The notes below the pieces were generated by a model. That model was not told the origin of the DNA. It searched no databases and saw only the letters and a program-made list of their open reading frames with translations. The position numbers were made by a program, and so were the translations under genes. Source: a virus (lineage: Duplodnaviria > Caudoviricetes). From it: a stretch of 64,000 nt of DNA. The stretch lies in IMG/VR virus record IMGVR_UViG_3300021399_000100. One strand, written 5' to 3'. Positions 1-9,350 of the stretch are shown here, in pieces (the stretch's first letter is position 1; every line of letters begins with the position of its first letter).

Positions 1-229
1 AATTTCCCTATATTATATATTCCCCTCATATATCTATTAAGGATATGGGGATATATCTTTCTCCATGTTTCCCCTAATTTCCCTATATTATATATTCCCC
101 TCATATATCTATTAAGGATATGGGGATGTTTCTGTATAGACCCAGAATAGACCTCCAATAGTCCAAAATTCCCTCTAATTATCCCAATATTATATATTTC
201 CCCTCATATAATATTAAGGATATGGGGAT
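1..229. repeat. Three ~52 bp AT-rich direct repeats (at 1, 76 and a degenerate copy at 177), each with an imperfect CCCC...GGGG inverted repeat; candidate origin/iteron region, may continue off the window
   Basis: aatttccctatattatatattcccctcatatatctattaaggatatggggat at 1-52 and 76-127; variant at 177-229; non-coding, upstream of the gp46-like gene. Confidence 0.85.
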
Positions 230-305
230 GTTTTGAGATAGGTGTTTTCGAGCAGAATATGTGATTATATCATAAACTACGATACGAGATACGAAACATA
301 ATAGC

Positions 306-1925
306 ATGATTAAATCCTTACATATTAAGAATTTCAGGTCTTTCCCTAATTATGAGACGACCATCAAGTTCACTGAGGGCATCAATCTCATAGAGGGAGC
401 TAACGGATGCGGCAAGTCCACTATAACCAATGCATTGCTATGGTGCGTCTGGGGAAGATGCAACTATAAGAAGGGGGATCTCACTAATGTGTCTACTAAT
501 GGAGAGTGCTGGGTGAAGACAGTCCTATCTCTCGCGGGGGATGCAGAGCTGGTTATAGAGAGGACATTGAAGACTCTTGATATCAGATACGCTGGCGAGA
601 AATTATCTTTCCCTTCTATAGATGCAGCTAATGCCTTCATTATTAAGAAGATAGGAATGCGTTACAATGTTGCATCCTTTCTTATGACATTCTCTGGTGA
701 CAGCTGTATCACTGCTATGACCCCGGCCAAGAGAAGAGAAATAGTGGAGATAGTTATGGGAATGGACATTATAAAGGCAGTCAATGACAAGGCCAAGGCC
801 TATATGTCTGCATCTAAGAATAGCATTGAATCCATGAAAACGCTCATAGCAGGGTATAAGCAGAATATAGACAGCATCATCAGCGTTGTCAACAACGGTA
901 CAGATAACGACCAGGAAGAGATTGATAAAATAAATGCGTCTCTAGAATCTCTCAAGGCGGATTATGAGTCGTATTTGGCACAGCTACGAGAATATGCCTC
1001 TACACTTAACGATATCAGATCAAACATGTCTGCTCTCGGAAATGAGGCATATGCATTAAATACTAAGAGGGAAAATCTGATACAGATGGCTACTTCAGTT
1101 GAGAAAATGGATACGTGCCCTGTATGCATGCAGGCTGTGACAGATGCTATTAAGAAAGCCATAATCAAGAATTACAAAAATGATTATGAAGCAGTTAATG
1201 CTCAATGGAACGAGTCTAAGGCAAAATATGACGAGCTTCAGGCTAAAGAATCTGAAACCAATGAATCTTATACACAGGTATCTAATATGATATCTTCTAT
1301 CACAACAGAAGTCAATAACCTCAGAGTGAACCTTGCTCTGTTGAACCGCAATATGTCTGTCAAGAGTGCATCAGCAGATACTATTGCCAAGATAGAGAAA
1401 GATATAAATGATATGCAGGCCAAATTAGATGAAGAGACTCACAGATATGATATTATGCACATTATTTTCGAGAAGACTAAAAAAGATGCAGAATGCATAA
1501 TCCAAGTAGTCGGCACCCATCTTGATATCATATCCGCTCATGCCTCTAATATCATAGGAACTAAGATATCATTCAATCCAGATTACTCTATAACTGCTAC
1601 AGGTCGCAACATGGACATATCTATCATGAGCAGCGGAGAGCAGAAGAAGATAGACTTCGCTATCAAGCTTGCCTTGCTGGATACCTTCATGACGACATCA
1701 AGCGAGGTGAATGTATGCTTTATAGACGAGAGTCTGGCCAATGTTGATATATATGCTATATGCGACATAGTGAAGCTTCTTAGGAAATATACACATCGTA
1801 GGCATATGAGTATGTACATTATACACCATGCACAGATAGATGACACATTGTTCGATAGTGCGTTGCATATTTCGAAAGCATCAGGGTACTCGTCTATAGA
1901 TGTTGTTAGGAATTATATCGGATAA
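306..1925 (+). CDS. Rad50/SbcC-like recombination endonuclease ATPase subunit (T4 gp46-like)
   Basis: Walker A GANGCGKST, coiled coil with zinc hook CPVC, signature SSGEQKK, Walker B FIDES, H-loop IIHH. Confidence 0.9.
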   Translation: MIKSLHIKNFRSFPNYETTIKFTEGINLIEGANGCGKSTITNALLWCVWGRCNYKKGDLTNVSTNGECWVKTVLSLAGDAELVIERTLKTLDIRYAGEKLSFPSIDAANAFIIKKIGMRYNVASFLMTFSGDSCITAMTPAKRREIVEIVMGMDIIKAVNDKAKAYMSASKNSIESMKTLIAGYKQNIDSIISVVNNGTDNDQEEIDKINASLESLKADYESYLAQLREYASTLNDIRSNMSALGNEAYALNTKRENLIQMATSVEKMDTCPVCMQAVTDAIKKAIIKNYKNDYEAVNAQWNESKAKYDELQAKESETNESYTQVSNMISSITTEVNNLRVNLALLNRNMSVKSASADTIAKIEKDINDMQAKLDEETHRYDIMHIIFEKTKKDAECIIQVVGTHLDIISAHASNIIGTKISFNPDYSITATGRNMDISIMSSGEQKKIDFAIKLALLDTFMTTSSEVNVCFIDESLANVDIYAICDIVKLLRKYTHRRHMSMYIIHHAQIDDTLFDSALHISKASGYSSIDVVRNYIG

Positions 1926-1946
1926 GAACCATATAAATATCTCATT

Positions 1947-2297
1947 ATGAAAAAACGCATATATATCAGCCTTCCTATGGGAGGATATGAGGATACAGTC
2001 ATGGATCGATTTGAAAAGGCTTCAAGAGAAGTCTTCCACAAGTTGGGTGATGTTGAAATTATCGCTCCATACGATATCGATATGTTCGATAAAAGCGAAA
2101 TATGCAACACACCTTCAGAAAATCATGACTGGGCGTGGTATATGGGCCGTGATCTTGAAATCATTTTGAGATGTGATGCTATATTTATGTGTAGGGGATA
2201 CCTCAACAGTCAGGGTTGTCGTGTAGAGTTGGCTGTCGCCAGAGAGATGTCTCTTGAAATATTCTTTGCAGATGATGCACAGAACGATATAATATAA
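1947..2297 (+). CDS. DUF4406-like protein (nucleoside 2-deoxyribosyltransferase-like fold)
   Basis: IYISLPMGG N-terminus, W.WYM..DL..L..CDAIFM..GY..S.GCRVE motif typical of DUF4406. Confidence 0.75.
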   Translation: MKKRIYISLPMGGYEDTVMDRFEKASREVFHKLGDVEIIAPYDIDMFDKSEICNTPSENHDWAWYMGRDLEIILRCDAIFMCRGYLNSQGCRVELAVAREMSLEIFFADDAQNDII

Positions 2298-2369
2298 TTT
2301 TACTATGCGGCAGAGATATAAATTCATATAGAGTGATTATATATAGAGATTAATTAATAAATACTGAGA

Positions 2370-2903
2370 ATGGAAAAGATTTCAATTTCACGAGGTATAG
2401 CCATCCGTGCGCTGGAAATCCTTGCGCAAACAGTCTCTGCTGGTCATAATACTCCAGCAGATTCTAGCTGGTACACTATTTTATCTGTCCGTTTGGCTAG
2501 TGTATGCCGAATGAGACGCGACCTCAAAAATATAGATGCACTAGCTACTATCAGTGCTGATGTAAAGGTAGATATGCTCAGCAACCCTATCGGCGCCCTG
2601 ATCTATCCGTCAAGCATATTGACTAACTTTAATTTTAAAGAGTTGACACCGTCTGATGCGAAGATCATTTCAACGATGATTCGAAAAAAGCCAGTAGATA
2701 TCGCCGGCAAACATTACGAAGCCACTACAGATCCTGTTCCTATCTATGATTTAATGACTACGCTTCATATGAAGAGGTTTGTTAAGGATTTGCGTGAGGC
2801 TGCGCAGAAAGAAGAAGATTCTATTATAGAATTGCATAACGATTCTATAAGTGAGTTTATAGGACGGTTGCTTTATGAAGCAAATAAACAAAACAGCAAG
2901 TAA
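2370..2903 (+). CDS. hypothetical protein
   Basis: 177 aa ORF preceded by GTGATTATAT motif at 2333. Confidence 0.7.
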   Translation: MEKISISRGIAIRALEILAQTVSAGHNTPADSSWYTILSVRLASVCRMRRDLKNIDALATISADVKVDMLSNPIGALIYPSSILTNFNFKELTPSDAKIISTMIRKKPVDIAGKHYEATTDPVPIYDLMTTLHMKRFVKDLREAAQKEEDSIIELHNDSISEFIGRLLYEANKQNSK

Positions 2904-2923
2904 CATATAATAATTATAATCAA

Positions 2924-3451
2924 ATGGAGCAAAACGCAACGAATAATTCACAGCCAAATAAGGCAGTGAAAATCAAGGAGTTAATCGACAGACTCGTATC
3001 AACATCTGCCGTTATAGATAAAAACATCGCAGACAACGAAGAGGGTACAGTATGGCCATATGCCGATTCACTGGTACAGAGAACTGAGACCATCTGTAAT
3101 GTTGTTCTTGGGTCAGGCTCTTCTGGGATGAATCTCATTGATAGATTATCTGCCATCTTTACTATTGAACGTGATGTTATCCTTTCAGGATGGACTGACG
3201 AAATCACTGGCAAGTTAGCTGACAGCCTTACTTTTGAAAGTGAGGACTTCAATAAGAATGAAGGTATCTGCGCATACTTCTTCGACCTATGTGCCTTCGT
3301 ATCCCATGCACTTGAGATGAAAGCATATTTAGAAAAAGCGAAGGAAACTGAAAATGTCACTAAGGAAGATGTTGAGATCAAGGAACTCGCACCTAGCCTA
3401 GCACCTGTAATGAAAACATTGGATACTATTAATAATTCGTTCGCACAATGA
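2924..3451 (+). CDS. hypothetical protein
   Basis: 175 aa ORF in operon-like run. Confidence 0.7.
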   Translation: MEQNATNNSQPNKAVKIKELIDRLVSTSAVIDKNIADNEEGTVWPYADSLVQRTETICNVVLGSGSSGMNLIDRLSAIFTIERDVILSGWTDEITGKLADSLTFESEDFNKNEGICAYFFDLCAFVSHALEMKAYLEKAKETENVTKEDVEIKELAPSLAPVMKTLDTINNSFAQ

Positions 3452-3870
3452 GAGACATAGAATGTTTATACATATCGCCTGAAAAGTCTCGTGTTGGGGT
3501 TATGCACAGACGTTTCAGCGTCAAGGAGCTAGCAGATATGCTCGTCGCTAATTCGAAGATTAGCGATTCATACATGACGTATATCCATATGCTGCATTTC
3601 AAAGATGCACATGAATTTATATCACATGCACAATTCAGAGCAAATAAGGTCACTACTCCTAAGGTGTTTGAATTGGCTGTCAACGAAATCATTAATGTTC
3701 CTGCAGAAGTATTGATGTCTCCTTTGCAACTGATGACGTCTGTGGCGTACTATCATCAGAGAGAAGACCCATACGCTATGAGTGCAGGACCTGTTATTAA
3801 GCCATTCGATGTAGATGAAGATGTTGAACAGATAGGATGGACTGTTCAAGCATGCTCGTCTGATATTTAA
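3448..3870 (+). CDS. hypothetical protein
   Basis: 140 aa ORF, ATGA overlap with previous gene. Confidence 0.7.
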   Translation: MRDIECLYISPEKSRVGVMHRRFSVKELADMLVANSKISDSYMTYIHMLHFKDAHEFISHAQFRANKVTTPKVFELAVNEIINVPAEVLMSPLQLMTSVAYYHQREDPYAMSAGPVIKPFDVDEDVEQIGWTVQACSSDI

Positions 3871-3880
3871 TTGATTGATT

Positions 3881-5248
3881 ATGAAACAAATAGTACGTGA
3901 AAAATATGTGTCCAACCCTTCTCGTAATGGGAGGGGGCTGGATGTCTTCATTGATTTTCCCCATCACGTTCTTCATATGAAGAACGAAGAAATGCCAGGC
4001 CAGTATTTCTTGATGTATTTTTCTGATATAGAAAAGAAAGCTTTCCGAGAGGCTTGCCAGTCAGATAATATTATCACTATGTATGATAATTCTTATTTCG
4101 AATATAAGATCGAAGGTACGCTGCCTAGCATGACTAAGTATGCAGATGATATACGTAACTATAAGCCTGATATTATCATGGCAGACGTTAATGCCGCTGA
4201 ATACAAAAAATATAAAGACACATTGATCAGATCTGCATTGTATACTCTCTGTATACAGGAGCAGGATACTCTTTTTATGGCTATTCCTCATGGTGATTCG
4301 CTAGAGGAAATGTGTGATGTGATTAGTTCTATGAATAATGATGAGTGTATTGATATTATAGGCATTCCATATATATTCAATGGATTTACCCGTATAGATA
4401 TCATAGCGCACTGCATAGCTACAGGGCGGTGGTGTTGGAACAAGCCTGTTCATTTGCTGGGATTGGCTGACGCTAATGAAATCCAATCACATAAAGACTT
4501 GATCCGTATCTGTCAGAATATAATCTCGATAGATACATCATACCCTGTGTTGCTCGGTTGTAATGGAGAAACATTAAGATCTGATCCTTTTGATAATGAT
4601 GTGTTTTTCAATAGCAAGCCATCTTTCAACATTGTTAACTGTCCTACAGAAAAGACTGATGAATCCATTATCAGAGAGAATATTGGGTTATTCAAAGAAG
4701 TAATGCAGAAAGCAACAAGTGGCTTTGCTACTATAGCAATAGTAGGAGCTGCTGGTACTGGTAAGACGACTATTGCATTGAAAATCAATGAACTACTTGG
4801 TGAAAGGTCTGTCTATCTTAAATACCCTCCTCTTCATGTAGCATGTGATTATAGAGATCCCGCAATGGCAGACCTCGCAACTGCACTATACACTGGATGC
4901 AATATCATGGCTGCTAATGTGCCGTATGAAAAGACTGTACTATTAGACCGATGCGTTATAGACAATATAGTATATGCTAAGTCTAACAAGAACTATATGC
5001 AGGTGCTAGTCTTCATTGACATATATAAAAAGTTCTGCCTGCATAATATGATTTCTTCAGTAGCATGGACTTTACCATTAGAAGGTGCTATCGAAGAAGA
5101 TGGAAAGCGTGTAACTGATAAGAATGTCCAGAGTCAGATAAATGACTATTTCGAAGAGGTGATATTAGATCTTGCCCCTACGGCAGTTATTTTGAACGGA
5201 GACCTTTCGGTTGATGATCGCATAGAATATCTTTTGCGTCACATTTGA
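3881..5248 (+). CDS. Fusion: tRNA-guanine transglycosylase/DpdA-like TIM-barrel domain + C-terminal P-loop (deoxy)nucleotide kinase-like domain
   Basis: N-terminal YDNSYFE, PDIIMADV, MAIPHG, PVHLLG, SIDTSYPV motifs (TGT-like phage family); C-terminal IAIVGAAGTGKTT, LLDRCVIDNIVY and EEDGKR (AAA_28/dNMP kinase-like); ATG at 3881. Confidence 0.7.
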   Translation: MKQIVREKYVSNPSRNGRGLDVFIDFPHHVLHMKNEEMPGQYFLMYFSDIEKKAFREACQSDNIITMYDNSYFEYKIEGTLPSMTKYADDIRNYKPDIIMADVNAAEYKKYKDTLIRSALYTLCIQEQDTLFMAIPHGDSLEEMCDVISSMNNDECIDIIGIPYIFNGFTRIDIIAHCIATGRWCWNKPVHLLGLADANEIQSHKDLIRICQNIISIDTSYPVLLGCNGETLRSDPFDNDVFFNSKPSFNIVNCPTEKTDESIIRENIGLFKEVMQKATSGFATIAIVGAAGTGKTTIALKINELLGERSVYLKYPPLHVACDYRDPAMADLATALYTGCNIMAANVPYEKTVLLDRCVIDNIVYAKSNKNYMQVLVFIDIYKKFCLHNMISSVAWTLPLEGAIEEDGKRVTDKNVQSQINDYFEEVILDLAPTAVILNGDLSVDDRIEYLLRHI

Positions 5249-5269
5249 TGTAATTTCCATATGTTTTTG

Positions 5270-5305
5270 ACATGCACGCCCCGCTAAAAGGACGTGCATG
5301 TTTTT
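5270..5305 (+). terminator. Rho-independent terminator
   Basis: acatgcacg-loop-cgtgcatgt followed by a T run. Confidence 0.7.
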
Positions 5306-5393
5306 GTTTATGCGTAATTTTTTACACATAAGCGATGATTATTCAATAAAAATTATTATTTTTACGTATAGAAAGAAACAAAAGAACGAAAAT

Positions 5394-5663
5394 ATGAATA
5401 ACAAGAGATATATTATAAGGAAGGCGGATAGCCAACATATGTATACCTATTATACAGGTGGAGCCGGACAGCACTCCTGTCAAGCATTTGATGAGAATAT
5501 CAATGCTGCAAAGATATTTAAAAATGTAGCAGGTGCTAAAGTAGCCTGCGGCGACATATATTGCACTCATCATTTCCATGAATTGGAGATTATTGAGGTA
5601 GCTCTATTTGTAACATCTACAGAACCCATCAAATATGAACATCCCAGCGTTAATCACAAGTAA
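5394..5663 (+). CDS. hypothetical early protein
   Basis: ATG at 5394 after TATTTTTAC promoter-like motif (5357) and A-rich leader; the longer track start lies in the terminator. Confidence 0.65.
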   Translation: MNNKRYIIRKADSQHMYTYYTGGAGQHSCQAFDENINAAKIFKNVAGAKVACGDIYCTHHFHELEIIEVALFVTSTEPIKYEHPSVNHK

Positions 5664-5672
5664 AATAAATAA

Positions 5673-6332
5673 ATGACCATGAAAACGAACAACAAAATCG
5701 CAATAATAACAGTATGTTTTGCTATTTATATCGCAACTATATTTTTCTTAAAGTTATTCACGGCATCAACCAGTGAGACATCTAACGGCACACTAGTACT
5801 TGATACATGCAGCATAGAAGAACCTTATGTAGAGACACGTTCCTCTCATAAATTAGATAAAGCTTCTGCTATACAGCTCATCAAGGCTTTCGAGGGATTC
5901 AGCGATTCAGTATATAAGTGTCCAAGCGGAGTACCTACTGTCGGGTGGGGAACCACTAAAACATGTCTGGCAGAGTTGCATCGCCAAAAGTACGTAGACA
6001 CTACTTTCTATGTATGGGGGCATCATTTAGAGAAGGCAGACGCTGATGTACTTTTATCAAAGACAATAGATATGATTTATAAAATGTCCCTCAAAAATGT
6101 TCCCGACTTGAAGTACTTGTCGCCTAAAGCGCAAGCTGCTTTTATATCATGGGCATATCAATGCGGTATAGGAAGCGTGAAGGCTAAAACGGGAATCATT
6201 GGAGTATTCCCTGATATCATAGATCATATAGATGATAAGATGCTCTATGACATTTTGGTAGAAAGAGCATATTATAGTAAATACAAGGCGAGAAGGCTCA
6301 AAGAAGCCGCTTTGATAATAGGCATTAAATAG
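5673..6332 (+). CDS. GH24 lysozyme/endolysin with N-terminal membrane anchor (SAR-like)
   Basis: Catalytic triad E74-x8-C83-x5-T89 (IKAFEGFSDSVYKCPSGVPTVGWG), C-terminal RR.KEA motif, hydrophobic residues 9-29. Confidence 0.85.
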   Translation: MTMKTNNKIAIITVCFAIYIATIFFLKLFTASTSETSNGTLVLDTCSIEEPYVETRSSHKLDKASAIQLIKAFEGFSDSVYKCPSGVPTVGWGTTKTCLAELHRQKYVDTTFYVWGHHLEKADADVLLSKTIDMIYKMSLKNVPDLKYLSPKAQAAFISWAYQCGIGSVKAKTGIIGVFPDIIDHIDDKMLYDILVERAYYSKYKARRLKEAALIIGIK

Positions 6333-6355
6333 TGAATATAACGATTGATATATAA

Positions 6356-6781
6356 ATGTATATTTGTGTAGATTTTGACGGTACGTGTGTAAGACATGCG
6401 TACCCGCATATAGGAAAAGAGATAGGCGCGGTCCCTGTTTTGAAGTATTTGACCAAAAAGCATAAGATTATTCTGTATACAATGAGAGACGGCTATACAC
6501 TAATGGCGGCTGCTCGTTGGTTCAAATTGCATGACATCGAATTATATGGCATCAATGATAATCCTGGCGCGCATTTTACAAAAAGCCCAAAGGTTCATGC
6601 CAATCTGTATATAGATGACAGAGCACTTGGTATACCATTAGTACCAGATGTTGATAGAGATTATGTTGACTGGCATGGCTGTGTTGAATTGCTTCATAAG
6701 ATGCATCTTGTAGAAGACAACGATGTCAGTGAGTTACACACGCAGATAGATCAGTGGTTGCATGGTGCTGGGGTTGATTAG
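6356..6781 (+). CDS. HAD-superfamily phosphatase
   Basis: VDFDGT motif I, LYTMR motif II, SPKV..NLYIDDRA motifs III/IV. Confidence 0.85.
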   Translation: MYICVDFDGTCVRHAYPHIGKEIGAVPVLKYLTKKHKIILYTMRDGYTLMAAARWFKLHDIELYGINDNPGAHFTKSPKVHANLYIDDRALGIPLVPDVDRDYVDWHGCVELLHKMHLVEDNDVSELHTQIDQWLHGAGVD

Positions 6782-6843
6782 TCCGTTCCACGAATGTAAA
6801 TGACGCAGTAAATAAATATATACATATAAGTAATATAACATTT

Positions 6844-7752
6844 ATGTTGTTATACAGTGAATATAAAGAAGCGGTCAATGAATCGTTCGATGTGCATAAC
6901 ATGAATATCAACAGCAGAAAGCTGACAGTTGGCCAGATGACATATAAGTTCAAGCAATTAGGCTATAAGTTCTATGGCTATGTCAAATTATCACAAAGAC
7001 ACTACAACTCATTTGACGATATAGGCCTTCGCACAGCTATACCTGAAGATATTAGAAAGCTTGCATATAAGTTCGCAAGCAGTACTACTCCTAACGTTAA
7101 AGACACATATCTGCCATGTAGCCCTGATTTGGATGGTATTAATATCGATGTATGGGGTGGCGATGATGATATTTCAACAGAAGATTTCAACAAGCTTATC
7201 CATTCTGGGGAGAATGAAAGTATAGAGAAAGCTACTAATAAGACAGGCGATACTACGTTCTATGTCTTCTTTAACAACCAGAAAAAGTATTTCTATTATA
7301 TAGCCATCAGCGGCATTAGAGAATATGACGCGTTCTTGGAGTTATATGTTAAAGTGAAGGTTTCTGGTGAAGATATGGTCCGTTCAGAGCTTGAAGAAAG
7401 AGCTAAGCTTATACATGCTGATTGGGAAGCTTCTCGCAAAGAAAAAGAAGCCAAGCAAGCTGCACAGAGAAAAGAAGCAGAAGGGAAAGACGAACAAGAA
7501 AAAGAAATTGTCGCCAGACGAGAAGCCCTCAAAGAATACGTTGATAAAAATAAGGATAAATTCAAGGAGATCAAAAGTTACACCGACCTTCCTGATGATT
7601 TCGTAGAATACTCGCACTACGATGAACTTATATCAATAGGCCGATATGATGATACTGAGAAGTTGCGATACGTGTGCAACCAAGACTATACACAGTTGTA
7701 TAAGTATAAGATAACTAACTACGGTAAATCTGGTACATATTGGGGCGATTAA
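6844..7752 (+). CDS. hypothetical late protein, possible internal head protein
   Basis: 302 aa; GTAAATA at 6808; N-terminus MLLYSEYKEAVNES resembles a capsid-targeting/prohead-protease leader. Confidence 0.65.
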   Translation: MLLYSEYKEAVNESFDVHNMNINSRKLTVGQMTYKFKQLGYKFYGYVKLSQRHYNSFDDIGLRTAIPEDIRKLAYKFASSTTPNVKDTYLPCSPDLDGINIDVWGGDDDISTEDFNKLIHSGENESIEKATNKTGDTTFYVFFNNQKKYFYYIAISGIREYDAFLELYVKVKVSGEDMVRSELEERAKLIHADWEASRKEKEAKQAAQRKEAEGKDEQEKEIVARREALKEYVDKNKDKFKEIKSYTDLPDDFVEYSHYDELISIGRYDDTEKLRYVCNQDYTQLYKYKITNYGKSGTYWGD

Positions 7753-7771
7753 ACAATATATATGTATTATT

Positions 7772-7815
7772 ATAACGGGAGATATATGATATTCATGTGT
7801 CTCCCGTTGTTATTA
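7772..7815 (+). terminator. Rho-independent terminator
   Basis: ataacgggagatatatga/tcatgtgtctcccgttgt long stem with T-rich tail. Confidence 0.7.
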
Positions 7816-7881
7816 TTTTAATCGAAACAGTGTTTATTTCGCGATAACAACTACATTTTTGTAAATTTTTGTGAAAGATCT

Positions 7882-7913
7882 TTTGGTATTGTGAAAATTT
7901 TATGTATCTTTAC
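7882..7913 (+). promoter_or_regulatory. Bacteroidota-type early promoter (TTTG-N19-TATCTTTAC)
   Basis: tttg 7882-7885 and tatctttac 7905-7913; same architecture recurs at 28523-28554(-), 33375-33407, 37101-37133, 37348-37380, 39774-39806, 63169-63201(-). Confidence 0.7.
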
Positions 7914-7938
7914 AATATAAATAAAGCAAGAACGTTAA

Positions 7939-8009
7939 GCAGCTAGGGAGGTAGTTGCGCCTATGATTCCGAATAGGCTTGTTGAACACGCTCATAAGAT
8001 TCGTGAGTG
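7939..8009 (+). ncRNA. Candidate structured RNA/leader with three adjacent hairpins
   Basis: gcagcta/tagttgc (loop gggagg), gcctat/ataggc, cgctca/tgagtg; GC-richer than flanks, directly downstream of the early promoter. Confidence 0.35.
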
Positions 8010-8050
8010 ATTATATACATATAGATTAAGTTAACTAAAAAACAAATATT

Positions 8051-8575
8051 ATGATTGACATTACTGAATTAGAGTTTAAGGTAGTACACAAAAGTAAAAA
8101 TGGTGCAACTATCCAATGTGCGGACAGAGCCAGATATACGATATCATGGCCAGTCTTCGAGAAATGTTTCACTAAGCCATCAAAAGATAATATGGTAAAA
8201 GTGAGCGACCTCGTAGTATCATTTAATAATGAGTTATTCTTATCATTACTTTGTGTATCAAAAGGCATTAATACTAAGAATCATCTAGTAGTAACTCAAC
8301 ACATGGATGTGATTGGTAATATTCTGGAGATATCTGACGTTACAGAACTTGTGAATTTCTGCTCCCAAGCAGCGCAGGCTATATTCAACCCTCATCCCAA
8401 GAAAGAGACTCCTGCTGAATATAGACAGCGAAAAGAACGCGAAAGAGAGGAATATATGCAGCGAAAAGAACGCGAAAAGATGAATCGTCCTGCTGAACAT
8501 TGCACATTTGGAATGTCAGGCAAGAACATGTCTGTGCTTCAGGGATTAAAAGAGAAGATTGCTTCAGAAGTATGA
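8051..8575 (+). CDS. hypothetical protein
   Basis: 174 aa ORF with charged C-terminal repeat (QRKERE x2); GTGATTATAT at 8007. Confidence 0.7.
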   Translation: MIDITELEFKVVHKSKNGATIQCADRARYTISWPVFEKCFTKPSKDNMVKVSDLVVSFNNELFLSLLCVSKGINTKNHLVVTQHMDVIGNILEISDVTELVNFCSQAAQAIFNPHPKKETPAEYRQRKEREREEYMQRKEREKMNRPAEHCTFGMSGKNMSVLQGLKEKIASEV

Positions 8576-9294
8576 CACAAGTAAAGATAAAAGTAAAAGA
8601 AGACTATAGGTGCTTCAAGAAAGATGACGAATATGTATTCGATCTACTAGACAACGAACCTAATATAATCGTAGGCAGTAATGGAGCAGGCAAAAGTACC
8701 TTACTGCGCGTACTGCGCCATACTAAAGATACACTTCATAAAAAATGGCTAAATATGCACGATGGCGTAACTCCGACACAGTTCGATAGTGTGGATGCGA
8801 GTAAGTTCGAAGTAGATGGCTTTGACGCATTTGATGAGGTGTTCTATTTAGATATGCAAATAGACGACCCTTCTTCCTTTGCATGTTGTACAACTGCATC
8901 TAGTTTTATATCAATGGGAGGATATACAGCTTCTAGAATAAGCAGAGGTCAAGGAACTATGACTATGCTGGGCAAGGTTGTTGCAGCAATTGAAGAATAC
9001 TATGCAAAGAACCAGAAAGGCAAGGCTTTAGTTGTGCTAGATGAAATAGATGAAGGTTTCGATCTCGGGATATTAGCCGATTTCGTAACAAAGATCAAAA
9101 ATGTCTTCCATAAATATAACCCTGGCACTACAATAATAATATGTACGCACAATCCTATGGTATATATCAATTACGAAGTTCATGCAGTGGACTACAACAA
9201 AGTAACTATGATCCCAGGTGATCTTTATTTCGAAATACATACTGGGTGGAGTATGACTTTGGAGAAGTGTAACAGAATTCAGCAAGATACATAG
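8572..9294 (+). CDS. Stand-alone ABC-type ATPase
   Basis: Walker A GSNGAGKST, signature-like SRGQG, Walker B VVLDEID, H-loop CTHNP; ATG at 8572 (ATGA overlap). Confidence 0.8.
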   Translation: MTQVKIKVKEDYRCFKKDDEYVFDLLDNEPNIIVGSNGAGKSTLLRVLRHTKDTLHKKWLNMHDGVTPTQFDSVDASKFEVDGFDAFDEVFYLDMQIDDPSSFACCTTASSFISMGGYTASRISRGQGTMTMLGKVVAAIEEYYAKNQKGKALVVLDEIDEGFDLGILADFVTKIKNVFHKYNPGTTIIICTHNPMVYINYEVHAVDYNKVTMIPGDLYFEIHTGWSMTLEKCNRIQQDT

Positions 9295-9350
9295 GCATAC
9301 TAATGTTATAAAAGTGATTATATATTTGAAATACATATAAATAATTATTT

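Noticed and set aside
1-229. Repeats as a CRISPR mini-array
   Set aside because: Repeat is about 52 bp and low-complexity, intervening segments are 23 and 49 bp and resemble the repeat composition, and no cas genes are present.
7939-8009. tRNA gene
   Set aside because: No acceptor stem, canonical T-loop or CCA arrangement; only three hairpins.
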